Source of the DNA: Halalkalibacterium halodurans
GTDB lineage: Bacteria; Bacillota; Bacilli; Bacillales; Bacillaceae_D
Assembly (NCBI RefSeq): GCF_004376175.1
Contig: NZ_SNUY01000007.1
Location: 63,223 to 95,222, forward strand
DNA length: 32,000 nucleotides
Direction of reading: 5' to 3'
The position numbers and the translations under genes were made by a program. The notes under the pieces are model-generated. The model ran no database searches. It was not told where the DNA came from and worked only from the letters and a program-made list of their open reading frames with translations. Numbering within the stretch: the first letter of the stretch is position 1; every line of letters begins with the position of its first letter. Positions 24,580 through 32,000 of the stretch are shown here, in pieces.

Positions 24580-26688
24580 CTATCCTTGTGAGATGACAGA
24601 TGCGCATTGTACGTCTAATCCTGTCGTGTTTGACATCACGTCCAATTGAGTCTGTTGCCCCTTCTTCTTAAGGGTCAAGCTAATAGTTCCTTTTCCTACC
24701 TTCATGTTTTCAACAGTTAACTCCTTCATCCCATCTGGAAGAGATGGCGAGAAAAAGATCTTGCCTTTTGGCACGTTTGGTTCTAGCCCAAGAATCGTTT
24801 GAATAAAAACTAATGGCGTCCCTGCAGCCCAAGCTTGTGGAGAACAAGCTACTGGGTATTTAACTGCTCGTTCTCCTTTTTCATAACCGCAAAACAGTTC
24901 CGGCAACCGATCGTATTCAAAGGAGGAGGCAGAATCGATTAAGCCATTGATGACACGATTGGCTTGTTCATGGTGTCCGAGTCGTCCCATCCCGAGTAAG
25001 ATTATACTGTTATCGTGCGGCCAGACGCTTCCATCATGATAGCTCATCGGATTGTATCCTGCCTCGCCTTCTGCCATAGTACGAATGCCATAACCAGAGA
25101 ACAATTTATTCGATACGAGCTGGTCGCTTACTTGCTTCGCACGCTCTTTTGATAGCATGTTGGAGAACAGCAAATGTCCTGGATTGGAGGTTATTGTCCC
25201 AACCTGCTTCTTTTCTTGATCGAGTGCAATGGCATAAAACCCTACATCCTCCATCCAAAACGCCTGTTCAAATCGTTCGCTTAATTGCTGAGCTTCTTCT
25301 GAAAGCTTGCGAGCAAGGTCTATTCGGTTTAAACCTTCATAAAGTTCAGCTAATCCTGTCTTCGCTTGGTACACATAGCCTTGAACCTCTGCTAAGGCAA
25401 TCGGTGTTTTGGCGTAGTCTCCATTTCGATGAACGATAGAATCCCCTGAATCCTTCCATCCTTGATTGGCAATCCCTTTGGCAGCCTCTTGATAGTATTC
25501 AACAAACCCGTCTCCATCTCGATCTCCGAATTTATCAATCCAGCGAAGAGCGGCCTCAATAGATGAGTCTAATTCTTCTAATAGTGTTGTATCTCCTGTC
25601 CACTTGACGTACTCCACAATGAGCATTAAATAGAGAGGCGTTGCATCAATCGTTCCATAGTAAGGACTGAATGGAACTTGCTTCGTGTTGGCGAGCTCAC
25701 CAGATCGGAGTTCATGCATGATTTTTCCTGGCTCTTCATCTCGCCATGGATCCCTTTTTGTCCCTTGATAGGCAGCCATCGTACGAATCGTTCCTTTTGC
25801 AACCTCGGGCTGGAATGGAAGCATTTGAAGGGCTGCGATTAAACTATCTCGTCCAAACGGAACCGCAAACCACGGTAATCCAGCTACTGGGAACGAACCA
25901 TAACCAAGATCGGTTAACAAGACTCGTAGATCGGTAATCCCTTGATCGAGTAAGCGCTGAAGCCTCGGGTGATCCGTTTTGACTTTCGTCACCCCTTCAT
26001 TCCAAGCGCGGTACGATTCTTTCACTTGCTCAAGGGCTACGTCAAACGGCAGGATGGTCGGTTCCTCTCCGTTTAGAATCGGTGCAATGGTGAGGACGAT
26101 TTCCTGCGACTCTTCATGGCCTAACGTGCAAGTAAAGTCTAGATACCCTTCGTCTGAAACGGTTTGCGCCGTTTGGTCCCATGAGATTAAAGTTGTTCGT
26201 TGAATCTCATCTGCTCCTTCATAGTGAAAGCGCATTTCGTTATCGGTTACACTCTGGCCTGTACGTTTTCCTACATCCCCATGCTGAAAACCACGGACGA
26301 CAAACATATCTTGAAAATCGCAATCAAAGTGAAGATTGACGGTGAACGTAACCGGTTTAGGAAAATAGTTTTTTGCTCGAATCTTTTCGTACACCACGTC
26401 ATTGGCGATAAAACGTTTTCTCTCAAGCTCCACCGATTCTCTCCAAAGAATCAAATCTCCGTCCTTCTCCATATGAGGATTGGTTAACAGGATAGAGGCC
26501 ATGTAAGCATTTTGGGCTTCTGAATTAAGCAAAATCGGCTCTTCGCCGTTAATTCTTAAATCCAACTTGCTTAAAAAGCGCGTATCTTTTGTGTATAAAC
26601 CAGCTCCGTATGAGTGATTTTCCGGAATGTTTCCTTTCTCATCTGTTAGCAAAAACACATCGTTTTCTTTAATCACTCGATAATCCAT
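24580..26688 (-). CDS. Amylo-alpha-1,6-glucosidase-family protein (bacterial GDE-type: GDE_N_bis + (alpha/alpha)6 GDE_C), cytoplasmic
   Basis: 702 aa. The N-terminus is VFLLTDEKGNIPEN...GLYTKDTRFLSKLDLRINGEEP. The C-terminal barrel motifs are GLPWFAVPFGRDSLI, GKIMHELR, NQGWKDSGDS and GYGIRTMAEGEAGYNPMSYHDGSVWPHDNS. There is no signal peptide. SD GAGAGGAAG is present. Confidence 0.85.
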   Translation of the reverse strand: MDYRVIKENDVFLLTDEKGNIPENHSYGAGLYTKDTRFLSKLDLRINGEEPILLNSEAQNAYMASILLTNPHMEKDGDLILWRESVELERKRFIANDVVYEKIRAKNYFPKPVTFTVNLHFDCDFQDMFVVRGFQHGDVGKRTGQSVTDNEMRFHYEGADEIQRTTLISWDQTAQTVSDEGYLDFTCTLGHEESQEIVLTIAPILNGEEPTILPFDVALEQVKESYRAWNEGVTKVKTDHPRLQRLLDQGITDLRVLLTDLGYGSFPVAGLPWFAVPFGRDSLIAALQMLPFQPEVAKGTIRTMAAYQGTKRDPWRDEEPGKIMHELRSGELANTKQVPFSPYYGTIDATPLYLMLIVEYVKWTGDTTLLEELDSSIEAALRWIDKFGDRDGDGFVEYYQEAAKGIANQGWKDSGDSIVHRNGDYAKTPIALAEVQGYVYQAKTGLAELYEGLNRIDLARKLSEEAQQLSERFEQAFWMEDVGFYAIALDQEKKQVGTITSNPGHLLFSNMLSKERAKQVSDQLVSNKLFSGYGIRTMAEGEAGYNPMSYHDGSVWPHDNSIILLGMGRLGHHEQANRVINGLIDSASSFEYDRLPELFCGYEKGERAVKYPVACSPQAWAAGTPLVFIQTILGLEPNVPKGKIFFSPSLPDGMKELTVENMKVGKGTISLTLKKKGQQTQLDVMSNTTGLDVQCASVISQG

Positions 26689-26724
26689 AAAGCAACTTCC
26701 TCTCTGTATGTAATATCTGTTTCC

Positions 26725-26742
26725 ATCCGAAACGTTTTGGAT
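26725..26742. promoter_or_regulatory. LacI-type palindromic operator O1 (leader/promoter of the GDE-ABC operon)
   Basis: ATCCGAAACGTTTTGGAT. 26727-26741 is the exact reverse complement of TCCAAAACGTTTCGG, with a central AAACGTTT palindrome. It lies about 40 nt upstream of the GDE start codon (26688). Confidence 0.7.
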
Positions 26743-26822
26743 TTTTTGTTAAAAGAAACCCATTGGATCGAGTTTTTAGTCAATACGGAACTTAAAAACA
26801 ATTTCTACGCTTCTCTTCTCGA

Positions 26823-26840
26823 ATCCAAAACGTTTCGGTT
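26823..26840. promoter_or_regulatory. LacI-type operator O2
   Basis: ATCCAAAACGTTTCGGTT contains the identical 15-mer TCCAAAACGTTTCGG (26824-26838). It is centred 97 bp from O1 and about 20 nt downstream of the lacI-family stop. It sits in the loop of an 8-bp inverted repeat (CTTCTCTT/AAGAGAAG). Confidence 0.65.
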
Positions 26841-26859
26841 TTTCGGTGTAAAGAGAAGT

Positions 26860-27873
26860 CTACGGCGCCTTGGCCACTGACTCTCTAATAATCAACTCAT
26901 TGTCTAGCATGTGAAAAGGCGGTACCTCCTTCATCCTTAACCGATCGATAAGTAGTCCAGCTGCAGCATACCCCATTTGGTATTTGTTTTGTGCAACCGT
27001 TGTCAAAGGTGGCGATGTATATTGGGCAAGTAAAATATCATCAAATCCGATGACCGATAACTGCTCCGGTAATCGAAGGTTTAGCAGCTTAGCCGCTTTC
27101 ATAACCCCTAACGCCATCAAATCACTGGCACAGAAAAAAGCGGTTACATCTGAATGCTTCTGAAGAAATTGATACGCTTCTTTTTCAGCTACCTGTTCTG
27201 AAAACTCCCCATTAAGCACCCATTCTTCTTGAAGAGGGATGCCCGCTTCCTGTAACGCTTGCTCATAACCAAGCTTTCGTTTCCCACTCACATAGGCTCG
27301 CTCATGACCATTCATCATCGCAATCTTCCTGTGACCAAAGTCAATGAGAGTCTCAACCGCTTTTTTGGCCCCATCCACATTGTCTGTCGTCACATAAGAG
27401 ACACTTTCTCCAGTGATCGGAATGTCCACCATAACACATGGGATGTCGCTTTCAATAACTTCCTCCAAATATGGATCTTCTTTCTTTATCCCTTGAAGAA
27501 TAACACCATCTACACATCGTTCTCGACAAAGCTGTGTGTAGCTTTTAAGCTTTTGTTTCGATGTGTTTGTGTTAAACAAAATAATATCATAATCGGATTC
27601 GGACGCTCGGTCGTTAATTCCACACAACACTTCAAACGTAAAATTGTCTTTAGCCCCTTCACGACTGATTTCCGAAACGAGCAATCCAATAGTTTTGGAG
27701 CGATTCATTACAAGACTTCGGGCCATGACGTTCGGACTGTACTTTAATTCATTTGCAATGTCTTTAATTTTTTTTCTTGTTTTTTCGTTTACATCACTGT
27801 ACCCGTTTAATGCACGGGAAACCGTGGTCACGGATACACCGGCTACTTTGGCAATGTCTTTAATCGTCGTCAA
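26860..27873 (-). CDS. LacI/GalR-family transcriptional regulator
   Basis: From TTG 27873 (6 nt after GGAGG) the protein reads MTTIKDIAKVAGVSVTTVSRALNGYSDVNEKTRKKI, a canonical HTH_LacI, followed by a periplasmic-binding-protein fold. This gives 337 aa. The 380-aa track ORF adds an unsupported N-terminal extension. Confidence 0.92.
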   Translation of the reverse strand: MTTIKDIAKVAGVSVTTVSRALNGYSDVNEKTRKKIKDIANELKYSPNVMARSLVMNRSKTIGLLVSEISREGAKDNFTFEVLCGINDRASESDYDIILFNTNTSKQKLKSYTQLCRERCVDGVILQGIKKEDPYLEEVIESDIPCVMVDIPITGESVSYVTTDNVDGAKKAVETLIDFGHRKIAMMNGHERAYVSGKRKLGYEQALQEAGIPLQEEWVLNGEFSEQVAEKEAYQFLQKHSDVTAFFCASDLMALGVMKAAKLLNLRLPEQLSVIGFDDILLAQYTSPPLTTVAQNKYQMGYAAAGLLIDRLRMKEVPPFHMLDNELIIRESVAKAP

Positions 27874-27881
27874 TGCGAACC

Positions 27882-27898
27882 TCCAAAACGTTTCGGTT
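27882..27898. promoter_or_regulatory. LacI-type operator O3 overlapping the regulator's own SD
   Basis: TCCAAAACGTTTCGGTT contains the identical 15-mer at 27882-27896. The regulator's SD (GGAGG, plus-strand cctcc 27880-27884) overlaps it, and the TTG start is at 27871-27873. Confidence 0.65.
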
Positions 27899-28033
27899 GA
27901 TATTATCCATAGATTACATGAAGACGTTTTCGATTTCAAGTTTTTTTGTCCCCTTTGTAAAGGTACGTTTTGGAAGGAATGGAGCGTACCCTTCCATGAC
28001 AAGTAAATCGATAAAAAAGTACGATTCGTTTTT

Positions 28034-28072
28034 AAAAAGAAGTAGAGAAAGCATGATTGAACCGTTTCTCTA
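28034..28072 (-). terminator. Terminator hairpin downstream of the phosphodiesterase relic
   Basis: TAGAGAAA (28043-28050) and TTTCTCTA (28065-28072) form the stem, followed on the minus strand by CUUCUUUUU (28042-28034). A second 7-bp hairpin, AGAGTGC/GCACTCT (28078-28105), lies immediately after the relic stop. Confidence 0.5.
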
Positions 28073-28107
28073 AGCTTAGAGTGCCATTAAAATTAAGAGC
28101 ACTCTTT

Positions 28108-28270
28108 TTAAGGAATAAGCGTGTCACGGAGAAGACTGGCCAGTTGAGGAAAATCGGTAAACATTCCGTCCACACCTTGATGAAAGGCTGCTCGCATGGC
28201 TTCCATACGAAAGTTTATACTTTCTCTTTTGAAAAAAAGACGCCCATAGCGCCTCTTCTCCCGCTGTGTT
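28108..28270 (-). pseudogene. C-terminal relic of a glycerophosphodiester phosphodiesterase (GlpQ/UgpQ-like) gene
   Basis: The open frame reads ...GRLFFKRESINFRMEAMRAAFHQGVDGMFTDFPQLASLLRDTLIP* (stop 28108-28110). GVDG.FTDFP near the C-terminus is the hallmark end of GDPD enzymes. Only about 50 codons remain, there is no upstream coding continuation, and the terminators are retained. Confidence 0.45.
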
Positions 28271-28378
28271 AACTTTTAAATTTAACGATATAGAGACAAA
28301 TGCCCTCTGCAAAAAAGCCATGAGGGGCGCACCTAGGGGATGGACCTGCTGTCAGAACCCCCTAGGTTATGCCGACAG

Positions 28379-29605
28379 TTATTTTTTCAACAGCGGCTGC
28401 CGCTTTCCATACGTTAGTGAACGCCATATCCATTCGGCAGGGCCGAAGCGAAAGCGCTTGGTCCATATATTGCTAAGGATCACTTGGCTAGTGAATAGGA
28501 ATAGTGCGATCATGACCCACATAAGAGGCCCCACTTGACCAAAAAGGCCGAACCCATAGCTGTAAAAGATCGTCGTACATACGAGGGATTGCAGCAAATA
28601 ATTACTTAACGCGAGTCGGCCCACAGCCCTGAGCGGTGATAACATGTTTGCCCATACGTTGGATTGACACAGAAGTCCAATCGATGTGATATAAAACAAA
28701 CAAAGCGCTGGCCCACCAAGCATGACGCCGATCCCATAAGCAAGCATGGACAGAAATAATTCTGACTGCGTACTACTATATAAGAAAAGTAGATTAAATG
28801 GCATCCCAATCGCAAGGCTTGTGAGCCAAACTTTTTTTAGAAACGGCTTTTGCTGTTGAAGATTGCGATACCGCTCTGTTTTCGCAACATAAACGCCAAG
28901 CAAAAACATAAATAAAATCGTTGGAATCATAAAGAGGTAACCTTGAAAGGCAAACGTATAATCGAGCGCACGCTGCTGAAAGATTTCCAGCACCGTACCT
29001 GATCCGTAAACTGCTAGCGATTGCTCCACCATCTCATTTGCGAACTGTACTTCCTCTTGCCCATGCACCATGCTCGCTTCATCCCCCAAGAGAAGCACCA
29101 TCATCCCTAGAAATAATAAAAAGGTCGGAACGAGCAAAATCGCAAACGCCCAGCGAAGAATGGTCTTCCCTTTCCGATTGTAGAAAAGCAACAAAACCGG
29201 CGCAAGCAAAGCATAGATCAATAGAATATCCCCATACCAAATACCGAAAGCATGGATGATCCCGAACATAAACAAAAAGAAAATACGCCGAAGATAGAGC
29301 GAATACGGTCGTTCCGAACGCTGAATGGCTCTCTGGAAAAAGACAACGAACCCAAGCCCAAACAAAAACGAAAACATCGGAAAAAACTTACCGCTTGCAA
29401 AGAAGGTGATGAACATATATGCTGCTTGATCTAATGCACCCGTCCATGACGACGAACCTGCCATTTGTACATAGATACCTGGCGTTGCGAAGTACATCAT
29501 ATTCGCCAATAAAATCCCTACTAATGCAAACCCTCGTATGATATCAAGTTCGTGCACACGTTCTTTTGTTACCGGTTCAAGCTTGTAAGTATTCAACAAC
29601 AGCAC
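28379..29605 (-). CDS. DUF418 (YeiB-like) multi-pass membrane protein
   Basis: 408 aa. The N-terminus R.HELDIIRGFALVGILLANMMYF and about 10 TM helices fit the DUF418/DUF1624 architecture. The start may be the TTG 3 codons downstream, just after GAGGTG. Confidence 0.85.
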   Translation of the reverse strand: MLLLNTYKLEPVTKERVHELDIIRGFALVGILLANMMYFATPGIYVQMAGSSSWTGALDQAAYMFITFFASGKFFPMFSFLFGLGFVVFFQRAIQRSERPYSLYLRRIFFLFMFGIIHAFGIWYGDILLIYALLAPVLLLFYNRKGKTILRWAFAILLVPTFLLFLGMMVLLLGDEASMVHGQEEVQFANEMVEQSLAVYGSGTVLEIFQQRALDYTFAFQGYLFMIPTILFMFLLGVYVAKTERYRNLQQQKPFLKKVWLTSLAIGMPFNLLFLYSSTQSELFLSMLAYGIGVMLGGPALCLFYITSIGLLCQSNVWANMLSPLRAVGRLALSNYLLQSLVCTTIFYSYGFGLFGQVGPLMWVMIALFLFTSQVILSNIWTKRFRFGPAEWIWRSLTYGKRQPLLKK

Positions 29606-29833
29606 CTCGTTTTAGAATTTAATACCCAGTCATACACTGCTCTGCGTATGCTTACATCACTCTATGACCAAGCTCCTCTCTTTTACGGCAATTTTCGGTC
29701 TCCATGGTGAAAAGCCCCTTCATTTTTTATTTATGGTCAGCTCACGACCCTCCATTTTATGCTATTCTTTTTATTAGAATTCCTTTTTTAACAATTGGAA
29801 GGAAAACTCACACTCGCAAAGGTGGTTTATTGA

Positions 29834-30013
29834 ATGTATTCAGCATTTGCTCTTTTACCTTTATTGCTTTGGTTAGCATTACTAGGATTTGGAATTTATT
29901 TCATGATAAATATTCTTCGCTTTATGCGCACCAAAAATGAGCATGACGCCCTCCTCATTCAAAAGGTGGATGAATTGGCAGCAAAGCTCGATCAAATTGA
30001 GCGAAAGGACTAA
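29834..30013 (+). CDS. Unlisted 59-aa membrane protein (N-terminal TM helix + C-terminal coiled helix; DUF4083-like by recall)
   Basis: ATG 29834 lies 8 nt after AAAGGTGG. The product is MYSAFALLPLLLWLALLGFGIYFMINILRFMRTKNEHDALLIQKVDELAAKLDQIERKD*, and a strong terminator follows 12 nt later. It falls below the 60-aa cutoff of the ORF track. Confidence 0.6.
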   Translation: MYSAFALLPLLLWLALLGFGIYFMINILRFMRTKNEHDALLIQKVDELAAKLDQIERKD

Positions 30014-30024
30014 CTATTTTCCAG

Positions 30025-30060
30025 CGATCCTTTAGTGCAAAGGATCGTTCGTTTATTTTT
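30025..30060 (+). terminator. Rho-independent terminator
   Basis: CGATCCTTT (30025-30033), loop agtgc, AAAGGATCG (30039-30047), then TTCGTTTATTTTT. Confidence 0.8.
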
Positions 30061-30171
30061 TAGCCCATCTACTTACAAAATGGTAAGGTTGGTTTAAGGT
30101 TTTTCGATGGTTCTTACTCTTTAGAAGTGTTGCAATAAAGGAAATGCTGTTAATGGAAAGGTGGAGTCGAT

Positions 30172-30270
30172 GTGAAAAAGATCACCGTCGCCCTCATTGC
30201 CGTCGGAGCTTTTGCGATTGGAAGCAGTCTGTCTCGCAAACGCCGCCGCAGTCAAAGCAAAACATCATAA
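30172..30270 (+). CDS. Candidate 32-aa peptide: signal/TM-like N-terminus with a highly basic tail
   Basis: GTG 30172 lies 5 nt after AAAGGTGGAG. The product is MKKITVALIAVGAFAIGSSLSRKRRRSQSKTS*. The call rests on the strong SD and a coherent hydrophobic segment. I recognise no homology. Confidence 0.4.
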   Translation: MKKITVALIAVGAFAIGSSLSRKRRRSQSKTS

Positions 30271-30463
30271 CATAAGCTCGTCCCATCGTGAGACTGCTTT
30301 TATTGCACAAACGAAGGATTATCGAACCATGTGAAGAATGGTTTGTCATTCTGTGAAAGAGGGAGAAGGTCGGTGAGGTGCTTGGATGATGGAAGATAGT
30401 TACGAGCATGACCATGATTGGGCAAAGCCTGATCTGCTATTGAGCGAAAGGGAAATAGACTGT

Positions 30464-30506
30464 AAAACAACAAATTACAGGGGCGAGCAACCTCTCCCCC
30501 CTGTAA
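30464..30506 (-). terminator. Rho-independent terminator of the rap-family gene
   Basis: On the minus strand: UUACAGGGG (30506-30498), a 14-nt loop, CCCCUGUAA (30483-30475), then UUUGUUGUUUU (30474-30464). It starts 8 nt after the rap stop. Confidence 0.8.
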
Positions 30507-30513
30507 AAGCTTC

Positions 30514-31635
30514 TTAAGTTGAAGCTGTGTCCTCTTTCCACGCTTTGATTTGATCTTTTGCCACTAAGCCTTCGTCAAAATATTTGGCTGCTAACGAATA
30601 ATCTTCTTTTTCTTGAAAATGGCGGGCTGCGTTAATCGCTAGCTCAAAAACATCGGACCACAATTTGCCTTCCTTCAACACGCGCAACCCATCATCGATT
30701 TCTACCTCATCTCGCTCCTTGTAAATCGAATGAATGGTCGAGAGCTTTGCTTGATAAGACGCATCTTTCATTTCATCTGCTAGAGCTTTCGCCTCCTCAA
30801 ACCAGTGCATCCCTTCTTCCAGAATCCCTTGTTTGAACAAGACTCGTGCCAGCATGTATTTCGTTCCGACCATCACGCCTTGATACTGACTTTTCGGGAG
30901 ATCCACGTAGAGAGCCGATTCAAAGCACTCCCGGGCCAAATCAAGCTTATCTTGTCGATCATAACAAACACCTAAATTATAGTAGCCCATCCCTTTTACG
31001 AAAAAGTCCTGCACGTCAGAAGCTAGCTCGATTGCGTTTTTGTATAACGCTTCAGCCGATGCAAATTGATAGAGATCTAATTGATTGGCAGCGACAATCA
31101 TTTGTGTGGTGGCAACTCTGTTCTTGTATTGGTCGTTTTGCAAATAAAGCTCTAACGCTTTTTCCGCATGGTCCATCGATACAAAGTGTTGATCGATCTC
31201 ATAATAAGCGACAGCTAGCTGATAGTTAAACTCGGCTTGCTCAATGTCATCAGGAATATCCTTCAGCAAACTTTCCGCCAACCGATAAAAATGGATTGCT
31301 TCTATGTACTGCTTTGTATGGAATTCATAAAGACCACTAAAAAAATAATAATAATACCGAAGGAGCTTGTCCGTCTCTTTCAATTCGACTTGAGCTTTAA
31401 GGCCTTTTAAGATTGCACCTGCATAGTCCCATTGATTAATTAATAGATGGTATCTTGAATCAATTAAATGGTAATACAGAAACACCTTTCGATCTTGATC
31501 CATCCCATCGATGGCTTGCATTACTTCGTGCTTTATTGTTGTCGCTTCTGCAAGCTGGAGACGTTTTATCGCCTGATACCAAGCTTCGAGCTGATTGATC
31601 ACTTCGCTGCTCGCAACATTTCCCACCACCGACAC
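30514..31635 (-). CDS. Rap-family (RRNPP) TPR protein, response-regulator aspartate phosphatase-like
   Basis: 373 aa. The N-terminal 3-helix region is EVINQLEAWYQAIKRLQLAEATTIKHEV...LYYHLIDSRYHLL, followed by TPR repeats (YYFFSGLYEFHTKQYIEAIHFYRLAE; AEFNYQLAVAYYEIDQ; YYNLGVCYDRQDKLDLARECFESA). The protein is collinear with B. subtilis RapA-type proteins. The start is GTG, 5 nt after AGAAAGG. Confidence 0.88.
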   Translation of the reverse strand: MSVVGNVASSEVINQLEAWYQAIKRLQLAEATTIKHEVMQAIDGMDQDRKVFLYYHLIDSRYHLLINQWDYAGAILKGLKAQVELKETDKLLRYYYYFFSGLYEFHTKQYIEAIHFYRLAESLLKDIPDDIEQAEFNYQLAVAYYEIDQHFVSMDHAEKALELYLQNDQYKNRVATTQMIVAANQLDLYQFASAEALYKNAIELASDVQDFFVKGMGYYNLGVCYDRQDKLDLARECFESALYVDLPKSQYQGVMVGTKYMLARVLFKQGILEEGMHWFEEAKALADEMKDASYQAKLSTIHSIYKERDEVEIDDGLRVLKEGKLWSDVFELAINAARHFQEKEDYSLAAKYFDEGLVAKDQIKAWKEDTAST

Positions 31636-32000
31636 ACCAACCTTTCTTGATCGTTAGAAAAGCGCTGGCTAGAAAACGAACGACTGGACCGAAGCAACGG
31701 AGATAAAGGAATCACGGTGAGCTTGCGAACCGGTGATGACTTATTGTAGAGCGCCCCCTATAAGCCGCCGCGTTTTTAGCGCTTTTGTGCTAGACATCTC
31801 TAGTTATACTTTCTTTACTTATTATAAAAATTTAGCTTCTCACCAAATGGCGGAAGCGATCGTTTTTCTTGTACACTTTCGTTCTTATACAAAGGTCACT
31901 TTCTTAAAGTGGAACAAAAAGATAGAGTATCCTATTTTTATTTTAATGGTAAGAATCTTTGTCATCAATCTTCAAAATTAGCTCAAATTGTAAGAATCGA

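Noticed and set aside
28057-28321. Two overlapping track ORFs (28057-28272 on plus, 28124-28321 on minus)
   Set aside because: Neither has an RBS or recognisable features. A third frame on the minus strand carries the GDPD C-terminal signature, which explains the region better as a gene relic.
28332-28366. CCTAGGGG/CCCCTAGG inverted repeat, considered as the terminator of the DUF418 gene
   Set aside because: The stem is only 8 bp with an 18-nt loop, and no U-tract follows directly. It is kept as an observation but is not annotated as a terminator.
29704-29940. 78-aa plus-strand ORF
   Set aside because: It has no RBS. A different frame, starting at 29834, has a strong SD, a coherent TM + helix product and a terminator.
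30194-30415. 73-aa minus-strand ORF downstream of rap, considered as a phr candidate
   Set aside because: It lies beyond the rap terminator, has no RBS and no Lys-rich signal-peptide N-terminus. Its His/Ser/Cys-rich product is unlike Phr precursors.
30437-30541. 34-codon GTG-initiated minus-strand ORF overlapping the rap 3' end (VERGHSFNLRSFYRGERLLAPVICCFTVYFPFAQ), considered as an overlapping phr
   Set aside because: It has no SD and no signal peptide, and it reads through the terminator hairpin.
31733-31981. 82-aa plus-strand ORF upstream of rap, and a 30-codon start-less open frame ending at about 31750
   Set aside because: The region is AT-rich and promoter-like, with no RBS. The product has no recognisable features.

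Overview
Bacillaceae-type chromosomal segment. The gene content and the mix of IS families resemble an alkaliphilic Bacillus/Halalkalibacterium halodurans-like genome; this is inference from recall, not a search.

Contents in order:
1. 1-133: right end of an IS3-family element, abutting a small membrane ORF and a YrvD/LapA-like gene.
2. 769-8703, minus strand: a giant sortase-anchored surface-protein gene (signal peptide, pilin-like domain, acidic linker, propeller-like domain, about 12 DUF11 repeats, one embedded jelly-roll domain, LPKTA anchor). It is broken twice, by a complete IS630-family element (7148-8292, TA duplication) and by a 22-nt deletion/frameshift at 5980/5981.
3. 9156-10208: a CzcO-like flavoprotein.
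4. 10722-18819, plus strand: a xylo-oligosaccharide-type locus with a YesM-like kinase, a YesN-like AraC-type response regulator, a lipoprotein SBP, two permeases, GH43 beta-xylosidase XynB and a DUF624/YesL protein.
5. 18987-20526: DinB-family protein, small P-loop kinase-like protein and a helical hypothetical protein.
6. 20627-21311: a decay zone with a 5'-truncated EamA transporter gene fused to a degenerate IS4-family transposase remnant.
7. 21419-27873, minus strand: a second sugar locus with a LacI regulator, a cytoplasmic amylo-alpha-1,6-glucosidase-like (GDE-type) enzyme, an SBP and two permeases. It carries three exact copies of the 15-mer palindromic operator TCCAAAACGTTTCGG.
8. About 28108-28270: a glycerophosphodiester-phosphodiesterase C-terminal relic.
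9. 28379-29605: a DUF418 membrane protein.
10. 29834-30517: unannotated micro-ORFs of 59, 32 and 43 aa.
11. 30514-31635: a Rap-family TPR protein with its own terminator and no canonical phr.

I found no CRISPR array, tRNA/rRNA gene or recognisable defence system, and no convincing wholly new multi-gene system. The most interesting items are the doubly inactivated adhesin with a frameshift-dependent IS630 element, the GDE-type sugar locus with its triple operator, and the orphan Rap with convergent micro-ORFs.
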